A DNA stretch of 64,000 nt, taken from assembly GCA_964016885.1 (NCBI GenBank), contig CAXHJY010000096.1, forward strand, positions 434,001-498,000, given 5' to 3'. Both the position numbers and the translations under genes were made by a program. Origin of the DNA: Eledone cirrhosa. Taxonomy: Eukaryota. Position 1 is the first letter of the stretch, and every line of letters starts with the position of its first letter. Under the pieces are notes generated by a model that did no database searches, was not told where the DNA came from, and worked only from the letters and a program-made list of their open reading frames with translations. This document shows, one piece after another, positions 24,735-38,349 of the stretch.

Positions 24735-27700
24735 GTAAAAAAAAATCAGGGGGAGATAATTTGTAAAAAAAAATCAGGGGGAGATAATTTGTAAAAAAAA
24801 TTAAGGGGAGATAATTTTCAGCCGTCCAAGGGAAGATAATTTCCAGCCCTCCAAGGGGCTATAATTTCCAGCGTCCAAGGGGAGATAATTTCCAGCCAGC
24901 GAAGGGGAGATAATTTTTTTTTTTTAAATCATGCGGGGATAATTTGTAAAAAAAATCAGGGGGAGATAATTTGTAAAAAAAATCAAGGGGAGATAATTTC
25001 CAGCCGTCCAAAGAGAGATAATTTCTAGCCGTCCAAGGGGAGATAATTTCCAGCCGTCCAAGGGGAGATAATTTCCCGCCAGCCAAAGGAAGATAATTTT
25101 TTAAAAAATCAGGCGGAGATTGTAAAAAAAATCAGGGGGAGATAATTTGTAAAAAAAATCAGGGGGAGATAATTTGTAAAAAAAATCAGGGGGAGATAAT
25201 TTGTAAAAAAAATCAGGGGGAGATAATTTGTAAAAAAAAATCAGGGGGAGATAATTTGTAAAAAAAATCAGGGGGAGATAATTTGTAAAAAAAATCAGGG
25301 GGAGATAATTTGTAAAAAAAATCAAGGGGAGATAATTTGCAGCCGTCCAAGGGGAGATAATTTTCAGCCGTCCAAGGAGAGGTAATTTCTAGCCGTCCAA
25401 GGCGAGATAATTTCCAGCCGTCCAAGGGGAGATAATTTCCAGCCGTCCAAGGGGAGATAATTTTTTTAAAAAAATCAGGCGGAGATAATTTGTAAAAAAA
25501 AAATCAGGGGGAGATAATTTGTAAAAAAAAATCAGTGGGAGATAATTTGTAAAAAAAAATCAGGGGGAGATAATTTGTAAAAAAAATCAAGGGGAGATAA
25601 TTTCCAGCCGTCCAAGGGAAGATAATTTCCAGCCCTCCAAGGGGCTATAATTTCCAGCGTCCAAGGGGAGATAATTTCCAGCCAGCGAAGGGGAGATAAT
25701 TTTTTTTTAAAAAATCATGGGGGGATAATTTGTAAAAAAAATCAGGGGGAGATAATTTGTAAAAAAAAATCAGGGGAGATAATTTGTAAAAAAAATCAGG
25801 GGGAGATAATTTGTAAAAAAAAATCAGGGGAAGATAATTTGTAAAAAAAATCAAGCGGAGATAATTTGCAGCCGTCCAAGGGGAGATAATTTCCCGCCAG
25901 CCAAGGAGAGATAATATTTAAAAAAATCAGGCGGAGATAATTTGTAAAAAAAATCAGGGGGAGATAATTTGTAAAAAAAATCAGGGGGAGATAATTTCCA
26001 GCCGTCCAAGGGGAGATAATTTTCAGCCGTCCAAGGAGAGGTAATTTCTAGCCGTCCAAGGGGAGATAATTTCCAGCCGTCCAAGGGAAGATAATTTCCA
26101 GCCCTCCAAGGGGCTATAATTTCCAGCGTCCAAGGGGAGATAATTTCCAGCCAGCGAAGGGGAGATAATTTTTTTTTTTAAAATCAGGGGGAGATAATTT
26201 GTAAAAAAAATCAGGGGGAGATAATTTGTAAAAAAAAATCAGGGGGAGATAATTTGTAAAAAAAAATCAGGGGGAGATAATTTGTAAAAAAAATCAAGGG
26301 GAGATAATTTCCAGCCGTGCAAGGGGAGATAATTTCCAGCCGTCCAAGGGGAGATAATTTACATCCTTCCAAGGGGAGATAATTTCCAGCCGTCCAAGGG
26401 GAGATAATTTCCCGCCAGCCAAGGGAAGATAATTTTTAAAAAAATCAGGGGGAGATAATTTGTAAAAAAAAAATCAGGGGGAGATAATTTGTAAAAAAAA
26501 ATCAAGGGGAGATAATTTGTAAAAAAAATCAGGGGGAGATAATTTGTAAAAAAAATCAGGGGGAGATAATTTGTAAAAAAATCAGGGGGAGATAATTTGT
26601 AAAAAAAAATCAGGGGGAGATAATTTGTAAAAAAAAATCAAGGGGAGATAATTTGTAAAAAAAAATCAGGGGGAGATAATTTGTAAAAAAAAATCAGGGG
26701 GAGATAATTTGTAAAAAAAATCAAGGGGAGATAATTTGCAGCCGTCGAAGGGGAGATAATTTTCAGCCGTCCAAGGAGAGATAATTTCTAGCCGTCCAAG
26801 GGGAGATAATTTCCAGCCGTCCAAGGGGAGATAATTTCCAGCCGTCCAAGGGGAGATAATTTTTTTTAAAAAATCAAGCGGAGATAATTTGTAAAAAAAA
26901 AATCAGGGGGAGATAATTTGTAAAAAAAAATCAGGGGGAGATAATTTGTAAAAAAAAATCAGGGGGAGATAATTTGTAAAAAAAATCAAGGGGAGATAAT
27001 TTCCAGCCGTCCAAGGGAAGATAATTTCCAGCCGTCCAAGGGAAGATAATTTCCAGCCCTCCAAGGGGCTATAATTTCCAGCGTCCAAGGGGAGATAATT
27101 TCCAGCCAGCGAAGGGGAGATAATTTTTTTTTATAAAATCAGGGGGAGATAATTTGTAAAAAAAATCAGGGGGAGATAATTTGTAAAAAAAAATCAGGGG
27201 GAGATAATTTGTAAAAAAAAATCAGGGGGAGATAATTTGTAAAAAAAATCAAGGGGAGATTATTTCCAGCCGTGCAAGGGGAGATAATTTCCAGCCGTCC
27301 AAGGGGAGATAATTTACATCCTTCCAAGGGGAGATAATTTCCAGCCGTCCAAGGGGAGATAATTTCCCGCCAGCCAAGGGAAGATAATTTTTAAAAAAAT
27401 CAGGGGGAGATAATTTGTAAAAAAAAAATCAGGGGGAGATAATTTGTAAAAAAAAATCAAGGGGAGATAATTTGTAAAAAAAATCAGGGGGAGATAATTT
27501 GTAAAAAAAATCAGGGGGAGATAATTTGTAAAAAAATCAGGGGGAGATAATTTGTAAAAAAAAAATCAGGGGGAGATAATTTGTAAAAAAAAATCAAGGG
27601 GAGATAATTTGTAAAAAAAAATCAGGGGGAGATAATTTGTAAAAAAAATCAGGGGGAGATAATTTGTAAAAAAAATCAGGGGGAGATAATTTGTAAAAAA

Positions 27701-30700
27701 AAAATCAGGGGGAGATAATTTGTAAAAAAAAATCAGGGGGAGATAATTTGTAAAAAAAATCAGGGGGAGATAATTTGTAAAAAAAATCAGGGGGAGATAA
27801 TTTGTAAAAAAAAATCAGGGGGAGATAATTTGTAAAAAAAATCAAGGGGAGATAATTTGCAGCCGTCCAAGGGGAGATAATTTTCAGCCGTCCAAGGAGA
27901 GATAATTTCTAGCCGTCCAAGGGGAGATAATTTCCAGCCGTCCAAGGGGAGATAATTTCCAGCCGTCCAAGGGGAGATAATTTTTTTTAAAAAATCAAGC
28001 GGAGATAATTTGTAAAAAAAAAATCAGGGGGAGATAATTTGTAAAAAAAATCAAGGGGAGATAATTTCCAGCCGTCCAAGGGAAGATAATTTCCAGCCGT
28101 CCAAGGGAAGATAATTTCCAGCCCTCCAAGGGGCTATAATTTCCAGCGTCCAAGGGGAGATAATTTCCAGCCAGCGAAGGGGAGATAATTTTTTTTTTTT
28201 AAATCAGGGGGAGATAATTTGTAAAAAAAATCAGGGGGAGATAATTTGTAAAAAAAAATCAGGGGGAGATAATTTGTAAAAAAAAATCAGGGGGAGATAA
28301 TTTGTAAAAAAAATCAAGGGGAGATAATTTCCAGCCGTGCAAGGGGAGATAATTTCCAGCCGTCCAAGGGGAGATAATTTACATCCTTCCAAGGGGAGAT
28401 AATTTCCAGCCGTCCAAGGGGAGATAATTTCCCGCCAGCCAAGGGAAGAAAATTTTTAAAAAAATCAGGGGGAGATAATTTGTAAAAAAAAAATCAGGGG
28501 GAGATAATTTGTAAAAAAAAATCAAGGGGAGATAATTTGTAAAAAAAATCAGGGGGAGATAATTTGTAAAAAAAATCAGGGGGAGATAATTTGTAAAAAA
28601 ATCAGGGGGAGATAATTTGTAAAAAAAAAATCAGGGGGAGATAATTTGTAAAAAAAAATCAAGGGGAGATAATTTGTAAAAAAAAATCAGGGGGAGATAA
28701 TTTGTAAAAAAAATCAGGGGGAGATAATTTGTAAAAAAATCAGGGGGAGATAATTTGTAAAAAAAAATCAGGGGGAGATAATTTGTAAAAAAAAATCAGG
28801 GGGAGATAATTTGTAAAAAAAATCAGGGGGAGATAATTTGTAAAAAAAATCAGGGGGAGATAATTTGTAAAAAAAATCAAGGGGAGATAATTTGCAGCCG
28901 TCCAAGGGGAGATAATTTTCAGCCGTCCAAGGAGAGGTAATTTCTAGCCGTCCAAGGGGAGATAATTTCCAGCCGTCCAAGGGGAGATAATTTCCAGCCG
29001 TCCAAGGGGAGATAATTTCCCGCCAGCCAAAGGAAGATAATTTTTTAAAAAATCAGGCGGAGATTGTAAAAAAAATCAGGGGGAGATAATTTGTAAAAAA
29101 AATCAGGGGGAGATAATTTGTAAAAAAAATCAGGGGGAGATAATTTGTAAAAAAAATCAGGGGGAGATAATTTGTAAAAAAAAATCAGGGGGAGATAATT
29201 TGTAAAAAAAATCAGGGGGAGATAATTTGTAAAAAAAATCAGGGGGAGATAATTTGTAAAAAAAATCAAGGGGAGATAATTTGCAGCCGTCCAAGGGGAG
29301 ATAATTTTCAGCCGTCCAAGGAGAGGTAATTTCTAGCCGTCCAAGGGGAGATAATTTCCAGCCGTCCAAGGGGAGATAATTTCAAGCCGTTCAAGGGGAG
29401 ATAATTTTTTTAAAAAAATCAGGCGGAGATAATTTGTAAAAAAAAAATCAGGGGGAGATAATTTGTAAAAAAAAATCAGTGGGAGATAATTTGTAAAAAA
29501 AAATCAGGGGGAGATAATTTGTAAAAAAAAATCAGGGGGAGATAATTTGTAAAAAAATCAAGGGGAGATAATTTCCAGCCGGCCAAGGGGAGATAATTTT
29601 CAGCCGTCCAAGGAGAGGTAATTTCTAGCCGTCCAAGGGGAGATAATTTCCAGCCGTCCAAGGGGAGATAATTTCCAGCCGTCCAAGGGGAGATAATTTC
29701 CAGCCGTCCAAGGAGACATATTTTCCAGCCGTCCAAGGAGAGGTAATTTCTAGCCGTCCTAGGGGAGATAAATTCCTGCCTCCAAGGGGAGATAATTTCC
29801 AGCCAGCCAAGGGGAGATAATTTGTAAAAAAATCAGGGGGAGATAATTTGTAAAAAAAATCAGGGGGAGATAATTTGTAAAAAAAAATCAGGGGGAGATA
29901 ATTTGTAAAAAAAAATCAGGGGAGATAATTTGTAAAAAAAATCAGGGGAAGATAATTTGTAAAAAAAATCAAGGGGAGATAATTTCCAGCCGTCCAAGGG
30001 GAGATAATTTTCAGCCGTCCAAGGAGAGGTAATTTCTAGCCGTCCAAGGAGAGATAATTTCCAGCCGTCCAAGGGGAGATAATTTCCAGCCGTCCAAGGG
30101 GAGATGATTTTTTAAAAAAAATCAGGCGGAGATAAGTTGTTAAAAAAAATCAGGGGGAGATAATTTGTAAAAAAAAATCAGGGGGAGATAATTTGTAAAA
30201 AAAAATTAGGGGGAGATAATTTGTAAAAAAAATCAAGGGGAGATAATTTCCAGCCGTCCAAGGGAAGATAATTTCCAGCCCTCCAAGGGGCTATAATTTC
30301 CAGCGTCCAAGGGGAGATAATTTCCAGCCAGCGAAGGGGAGATAATTTTTAAAAAAAAATCACTGGGATATTTGTAAAAAAAATCAGGGGGAGATAATTT
30401 GTAAAAAAAATCAAGGGGAGATAATTTCCAGCCGTCCAAAGAGAGATAATTTCTAGCCGTCCAAGGGGAGATAATTTCCAGCCTTCCAAGGGGAGATAAT
30501 TTTTTAAAAAATCAGGTGGAGATAATTTGTAAAAAAAATCAGTGGAAGATAATTTGTAAAAACAAAATCAAGGGCAGATAATTTCCAGCCGTCCAAGGGG
30601 AGATAATTTCCCGCCAGCCAAGGGAAGATAATATTTAAAAAAATCAGGCGGAGATAATTTGTAAAAAAAATCAGGGGGAGATAATTTGTAAAAAAATCAG

Positions 30701-33700
30701 GGGGAGATAATTTGTAAAAGAAAAATCAGGGGGAGATAATTTGTAAAAAAAATCAGGGGGAGATAATTTGTAAAAAAAATCAGGGGTAGATAATTTGTAA
30801 AAAAAAATCAGGGGGAGATAATTTGTAAAAAAAAATCAGGGGGAGATAATTTGTAAAAAAAATCAAGGGGAGATAATTTGCAGCCGTCCAAGGGGAGATA
30901 ATTTTCAGCCGTCCAAGGAGAGATAATTTCTAGCCGTCCAAGGGGAGATAATTTCCAGCCGTCCAAGGGGAGATAATTTCCAGCCGTCCAAGGGGAGATA
31001 ATTTTTTTTAAAAAATCAAGCGGAGATAATTTGTAAAAAAAAAATCAGGGGGAGATAATTTGTAAAAAAAAATCAGGGGGAGATAATTTGTAAAAAAAAA
31101 TCAGGGGGAGATAATTTGTAAAAAAAAATCAAGGGGAGATAATTTCCAGCCGTCCAAGGGAAGATAATTTCCAGCCGTCCAAGGGAAGATAATTTCCAGC
31201 CCTTCAAGGGGCTATAATTTCCAGCGTCCAAGGGGAGATAATTTCCAGCCAGCGAAGGGGAGATAATTTTTTTTTTAAAAATCAGGGGGAGATAATTTGT
31301 AAAAAAAATCAGGGGGAGATAATTTGTAAAAAAAAATCAGGGGGAGATAATTTGTAAAAAAAAATCAGGGGGAGATAATTTGTAAAAAAAATCAAGGGGA
31401 GATAATTTCAAGCCGTGCAAGGGGAGATAATTTCCAGCCGTCCAAGGGGAGATAATTTACATCCTTCCAAGGGGAGATAATTTCCCGCCAGCCAAGGGAA
31501 GATAATTTTTAAAAAAATCAGGGGGAGATAATTTGTAAAAAAAAAATCAGGGGGAGATAATTTGTAAAAAAAAATCAAGGGGAGATAATTTGTAAAAAAA
31601 ATCAGGGGGAGATAATTTGTAAAAAAAAAATCAGGGGGAGATAATTTGTAAAAAAAAATCAAGGGGAGATAATTTGTAAAAAAAATCAGGGGGAGATAAT
31701 TTGTAAAAAAAATCAGGGGGAGATAATTTGTAAAAAAATCAGGGGGAGATAATTTGTAAAAAAAAAATCAGGGGGAGATAATTTGTAAAAAAAATCAAGG
31801 GGAGATAATTTGTAAAAAAAAATCAGGGGGAGATAATTTGTAAAAAAAAATCAGGGGGAGATAATTTGTAAAAAAAATCAAGGGGAGATAATTTGCAGCC
31901 GTCCAAGGGGAGATAATTTTCAGCCGTCCAAGGAGAGATAATTTCTAGCCGTCCAAGGGGAGATAATTTCCAGCCGTCCAAGGGGAGATAATTTCCAGCC
32001 GTCCAAGGGGAGATAATTTTTTTTAAAAAATCAAGCGGAGATAATTTGTAAAAAAAAAATCAGGGGGAGATAATTTGTAAAAAAAAATCAGGGGGAGATA
32101 ATTTGTAAAAAAAAATCAGGGGGAGATAATTTGTAAAAAAAATCAAGGGGAGATAATTTCCAGCCGTCCAAGGGAAGATAATTTCCAGCCGTCCAAGGGA
32201 AGATAATTTCCAGCCCTCCAAGGGGCTATAATTTCCAGCGTCCAAGGGGAGATAATTTCCAGCCAGCGAAGGGGAGATAATTTTTTTTTTTTAAATCAGG
32301 GGGAGATAATTTGTAAAAAAAATCAGGGGGAGATAATTTGTAAAAAAAAATCAGGGGGAGATAATTTGTAAAAAAAAATCAGGGGGAGATAATTTGTAAA
32401 AAAAATCAAAGGGAGATAATTTCCAGCCGTGCAAGGGGAGATAATTTCCAGCCGTCCAAGGGGAGATAATTTACATCCTTCCAAGGGGAGATAATTTCCA
32501 GCCGTCCAAGGGGAGATAATTTCCCGCCAGCCAAGGGAAGATAATTTTTAAAAAAATCAGGGGGAGATAATTTGTAAAAAATAAAAAAATCAAGGGGAGA
32601 TAATTTGTAAAAAAAATCAGGGGGAGATAATTTGTAAAAAAAATCAGGGGGAGATAATTTGTAAAAAAATCAGGGGGAGATAATTTGTAAAAAAAAAATC
32701 AGGGGGAGATAATTTGTAAAAAAAAATCAAGGGGAGATAATTTGTAAAAAAAAATCAGGGGGAGATAATTTGTAAAAAAAATCAGGGGGAGATAATTTGT
32801 AAAAAAATCAGGGGGAGATAATTTGTAAAAAAAAATCAGGGGGAGATAATTTGTAAAAAAAAATCAGGGGGAGATAATTTGTAAAAAAAATCAGGGGGAG
32901 ATAATTTGTAAAAAAAATCAGGGGGAGATAATTTGTAAAAAAAATCAAGGGGAGATAATTTGCAGCCGTCCAAGGGGAGATAATTTTCAGCCGTCCAAGG
33001 AGAGGTAATTTCTAGCCGTCCAAGGGGAGATAATTTCCAGCCGTCCAAGGGGAGATAATTTCCAGCCGTCCAAGGGGAGATAATTTTTTTTTAAAAATCA
33101 GGCGGAGATAATTTGTAAAAAAAAAAATCAGGGGGAGATAATTTGTAAAAAAAAATCAGGGGGAGATAATTTGTAAAAAAAAATCAGGGGGAGATAATTT
33201 GTAAAAAAAATCAAGGGGAGATAATTTCCAGCCGTCCAAGGGAAGATAATTTCCAGCCCTCCAAGGGGCTATAATTTCCAGCGTCCAAGGGGAGATAATT
33301 TCCAGCCAGCGAAGGGGAGATAATTTTTTTTAAAAAAATCATGCGGGGATAATTTGTAAAAAAAATCAGGGGGAGATAATTTGTAAAAAAAATCAAGGGG
33401 AGATAATTTCCAGCCGTCCAAAGAGAGATAATTTCTAGCCGTCCAAGGGGAGATAATTTCCAGCCGTCCAAGGGGAGATAATTTCCCGCCAGCCAAGGGA
33501 AGATAATTTTTTAAAAAATCAGGCGGAGATTGTAAAAAAAATCAGGGGGAGATAATTTGTAAAAAAATCAGGGGGAGATAATTTGTAAAAAAAAAATCAG
33601 GGGGAGATAATTTGTAAAAAAAAATCAGAGGGAGGTAATTTGTAAAAAAAAATCAGGGGGAGATAATTTGTAAAAAAAATCAGGGGTAGATAATTTGTAA

Positions 33701-36050
33701 AAAAAATCAGGGGGAGATAATTTGTAAAAAAAAATCAGGGGGAGATAATTTGTAAAAAAAATCAAGGGGAGATAATTTCCAGCCGTCCAAGGGAAGATAA
33801 TTTCCAGCCGTCCAAGGGAAGATAATTTCCAGCCCTCCAAGGGGCTATAATTTCCAGCGTCCAAGGGGAGATAATTTCCAGCCAGCGAAGGGGAGATAAT
33901 TTTTTTTTTAAAAATCAGGGGTAGATAATTTGTAAAAAAAATCAGGGGGAGATAATTTGTAAAAAAAAATCAGGGGGAGATAATTTGTAAAAAAAATCAA
34001 GGGGAGATAATTTCCAGCCGTGCAAGGGGAGATAATTTCCAGCCGTCCAAGGGGAGATAATTTACATCCTTCCAAGGGGAGATAATTTCCAGCCGTCCAA
34101 GGGGAGATAATTTCCCGCCAGCCAAGGGAAGATAATTTTTAAAAAAATCAGGGGGAGATAATTTGTAAAAAAAAAATCAGGGGGAGATAATTTGTAAAAA
34201 AAAATCAAGGGGAGATAATTTGTAAAAAAAATCAGGGGGAGATAATTTGTAAAAAAAATCAGGGGGAGATAATTTGTAAAAAAATCAGGGGGAGATAATT
34301 TGTAAAAAAAAAATCAGGGGGAGATAATTTGTAAAAAAAAATCAAGGGGAGATAATTTGTAAAAAAAAATCAGGGGGAGATAATTTGTAAAAAAAATCAG
34401 GGGGAGATAATTTGTAAAAAAAATCAGGGGGAGATAATTTGTAAAAAAAAATCAGGGGGAGATAATTTGTAAAAAAAAATCAGGGGGAGATAATTTGTAA
34501 AAAAAAATCAGGGGGAGATAATTTGTAAAAAAAATCAGGGGGAGATAATTTGTAAAAAAAATCAGGGGGAGATAATTTGTAAAAAAAATCAAGGGGAGAT
34601 AATTTGCAGCCGTCCAAGGGGAGATAATTTTCAGCCGTCCAAGGAGAGGTAATTTCTAGCCGTCCAAGGGGAGATAATTTCCAGCCGTCCAAGGGGAGAT
34701 AATTTCCAGCCGTCCAAGGGGAGATAATTTTTTTTTAAAAATCAGGCGGAGATAATTTGTAAAAAAAAAAATCAGGGGGAGATAATTTGTAAAAAAAAAT
34801 CAGGGGGAGATAATTTGTAAAAAAAAATCAGGGGGAGATAATTTGTAAAAAAAATTAAGGGGAGATAATTTTCAGCCGTCCAAGGGAAGATAATTTCCAG
34901 CCCTCCAAGGGGCTATAATTTCCAGCGTCCAAGGGGAGATAATTTCCAGCCAGCGAAGGGGAGATAATTTTTTTTTTTAAAATCATGCGGGGATAATTTG
35001 TAAAAAAAATCAGGGGGAGATAATTTGTAAAAAAAATCAAGGGGAGATAATTTCCAGCCGTCCAAAGAGATATAATTTCTAGCCGTCCAAGGGGAGATAA
35101 TTTCCAGCCGTCCAAGGGGAGATAATTTCCCGCCAGCCAAAGGAAGATAATTTTTTAAAAAATCAGGCGGAGATTGTAAAAAAAATCAGGGGGAGATAAT
35201 TTGTAAAAAAAATCAGGGGGAGATAATTTGTAAAAAAAATCAGGGGGAGATAATTTGTAAAAAAAATCAGGGGGAGATAATTTGTAAAAAAAAATCAGGG
35301 GGAGATAATTTGTAAAAAAAATCAGGGGGAGATAATTTGTAAAAAAAATCAGGGGGAGATAATTTGTAAAAAAAATCAAGGGGAGATAATTTGCAGCCGT
35401 CCAAGGGGAGATAATTTTCAGCCGTCCAAGGAGAGGTAATTTCTAGCCGTCCAAGGCGAGATAATTTCCAGCCGTCCAAGGGGAGATAATTTCCAGCCGT
35501 CCAAGGGGAGATAATTTTTTTAAAAAAATCAGGCGGAGATAATTTGTAAAAAAAAAATCAGGGGGAGATAATTTGTAAAAAAAAATCAGTGGGAGATAAT
35601 TTGTAAAAAAAAATCAGGGGGAGATAATTTGTAAAAAAAATCAAGGGGAGATAATTTCCAGCCGTCCAAGGGAAGATAATTTCCAGCCCTCCAAGGGGCT
35701 ATAATTTCCAGCGTCCAAGGGGAGATAATTTCCAGCCAGCGAAGGGGAGATAATTTTTTTTTAAAAAATCATGGGGGGATAATTTGTAAAAAAAAATCAG
35801 GGGGAGATAATTTGTAAAAAAAAATCAGGGGAGATAATTTGTAAAAAAAATCAGGGGGAGATAATTTGTAAAAAAAAATCAGGGGAAGATAATTTGTAAA
35901 AAAAATCAAGCGGAGATAATTTGCAGCCGTCCAAGGGGAGATAATTTCCCGCCAGCCAAGGAGAGATAATATTTAAAAAAATCAGGCGGAGATAATTTGT
36001 AAAAAAAATCAGGGGGAGATAATTTGTAAAAAAAATCAGGGGGAGATAAT
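24735..36050 (+). repeat. Near-identical ~11.3-kb segmental duplication of ~7750-19070 (offset 16983)
   Basis: More than 20 ORF pairs from 7876/24859 to 18284/35267 differ by exactly 16983. Both copies carry the private SNV AAAGAGATAT (18081 and 35064). Confidence 0.93.
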
Positions 36051-38349
36051 TTCCAGCCGTCCAAGGGGAGATAATTTTCAGCCGTCCAAGGAGAGGTAAT
36101 TTCTAGCCGTCCAAGGGGAGATAATTTCCAGCCGTCCAAGGGAAGATAATTTCCAGCCCTCCAAGGGGCTATAATTTCCAGCGTCCAAGGGGAGATAATT
36201 TCCAGCCAGCGAAGGGGAGATAATTTTTTTTTTAAAAATCAGGGGGAGATAATTTGTAAAAAAAATCAGGGGGAGATAATTTGTAAAAAAAAATCAGGGG
36301 GAGATAATTTGTAAAAAAAAATCAGGGGGAGATAATTTGTAAAAAAAATCAAGGGGAGATAATTTCCAGCCGTGCAAGGGGAGATAATTTCCAGCCGTCC
36401 AAGGGGAGATAATTTACATCCTTCCAAGGGGAGATAATTTCCAGCCGTCCAAGGGGAGATAATTTCCCGCCAGCCAAGGGAAGATAATTTTTAAAAAATC
36501 AGGGGGAGATAATTTGTAAAAAAAAAATCAGGGGGAGATAATTTGTAAAAAAAAATCAAGGGGAGATAATTTGTAAAAAAAATCAGGGGGAGATAATTTG
36601 TAAAAAAAATCAGGGGGAGATAATTTGTAAAAAAATCAGGGGGAGATAATTTGTAAAAAAAAATCAGGGGGAGATAATTTGTAAAAAAAAATCAAGGGGA
36701 GATAATTTGTAAAAAAAAATCAGGGGGAGATAATTTGTAAAAAAAAATCAGGGGGAGATAATTTGTAAAAAAAATCAAGGGGAGATAATTTGCAGCCGTC
36801 GAAGGGGAGATAATTTTCAGCCGTCCAAGGAGAGATAATTTCTAGCCGTCCAAGGGGAGATAATTTCCAGCCGTCCAAGGGGAGATAATTTCCAGCCGTC
36901 CAAGGGGAGATAATTTTTTTTAAAAAATCAAGCGGAGATAATTTGTAAAAAAAAAATCAGGGGGAGATAATTTGTAAAAAAAAATCAGGGGGAGATAATT
37001 TGTAAAAAAAAATCAGGGGGAGATAATTTGTAAAAAAAATCAAGGGGAGATAATTTCCAGCCGTCCAAGGGAAGATAATTTCCAGCCGTCCAAGGGAAGA
37101 TAATTTCCAGCCCTCCAAGGGGCTATAATTTCCAGCGTCCAAGGGGAGATAATTTCCAGCCAGCGAAGGGGAGATAATTTTTTTTTATAAAATCAGGGGG
37201 AGATAATTTGTAAAAAAAATCAGGGGGAGATAATTTGTAAAAAAAAATCAGGGGGAGATAATTTGTAAAAAAAAATCAGGGGGAGATAATTTGTAAAAAA
37301 AATCAAGGGGAGATTATTTCCAGCCGTGCAAGGGGAGATAATTTCCAGCCGTCCAAGGGGAGATAATTTACATCCTTCCAAGGGGAGATAATTTCCAGCC
37401 GTCCAAGGGGAGATAATTTCCCGCCAGCCAAGGGAAGATAATTTTTAAAAAAATCAGGGGGAGATAATTTGTAAAAAAAAAATCAGGGGGAGATAATTTG
37501 TAAAAAAAAATCAAGGGGAGATAATTTGTAAAAAAAATCAGGGGGAGATAATTTGTAAAAAAAATCAGGGGGAGATAATTTGTAAAAAAATCAGGGGGAG
37601 ATAATTTGTAAAAAAAAAATCAGGGGGAGATAATTTGTAAAAAAAAATCAAGGGGAGATAATTTGTAAAAAAAAATCAGGGGGAGATAATTTGTAAAAAA
37701 AATCAGGGGGAGATAATTTGTAAAAAAAATCAGGGGGAGATAATTTGTAAAAAAAAAATCAGGGGGAGATAATTTGTAAAAAAAAATCAGGGGGAGATAA
37801 TTTGTAAAAAAAATCAGGGGGAGATAATTTGTAAAAAAAATCAGGGGGAGATAATTTGTAAAAAAAAATCAGGGGGAGATAATTTGTAAAAAAAATCAAG
37901 GGGAGATAATTTGCAGCCGTCCAAGGGGAGATAATTTTCAGCCGTCCAAGGAGAGATAATTTCTAGCCGTCCAAGGGGAGATAATTTCCAGCCGTCCAAG
38001 GGGAGATAATTTCCAGCCGTCCAAGGGGAGATAATTTTTTTTAAAAAATCAAGCGGAGATAATTTGTAAAAAAAAAATCAGGGGGAGATAATTTGTAAAA
38101 AAAATCAAGGGGAGATAATTTCCAGCCGTCCAAGGGAAGATAATTTCCAGCCGTCCAAGGGAAGATAATTTCCAGCCCTCCAAGGGGCTATAATTTCCAG
38201 CGTCCAAGGGGAGATAATTTCCAGCCAGCGAAGGGGAGATAATTTTTTTTTTTTAAATCAGGGGGAGATAATTTGTAAAAAAAATCAGGGGGAGATAATT
38301 TGTAAAAAAAAATCAGGGGGAGATAATTTGTAAAAAAAAATCAGGGGGA

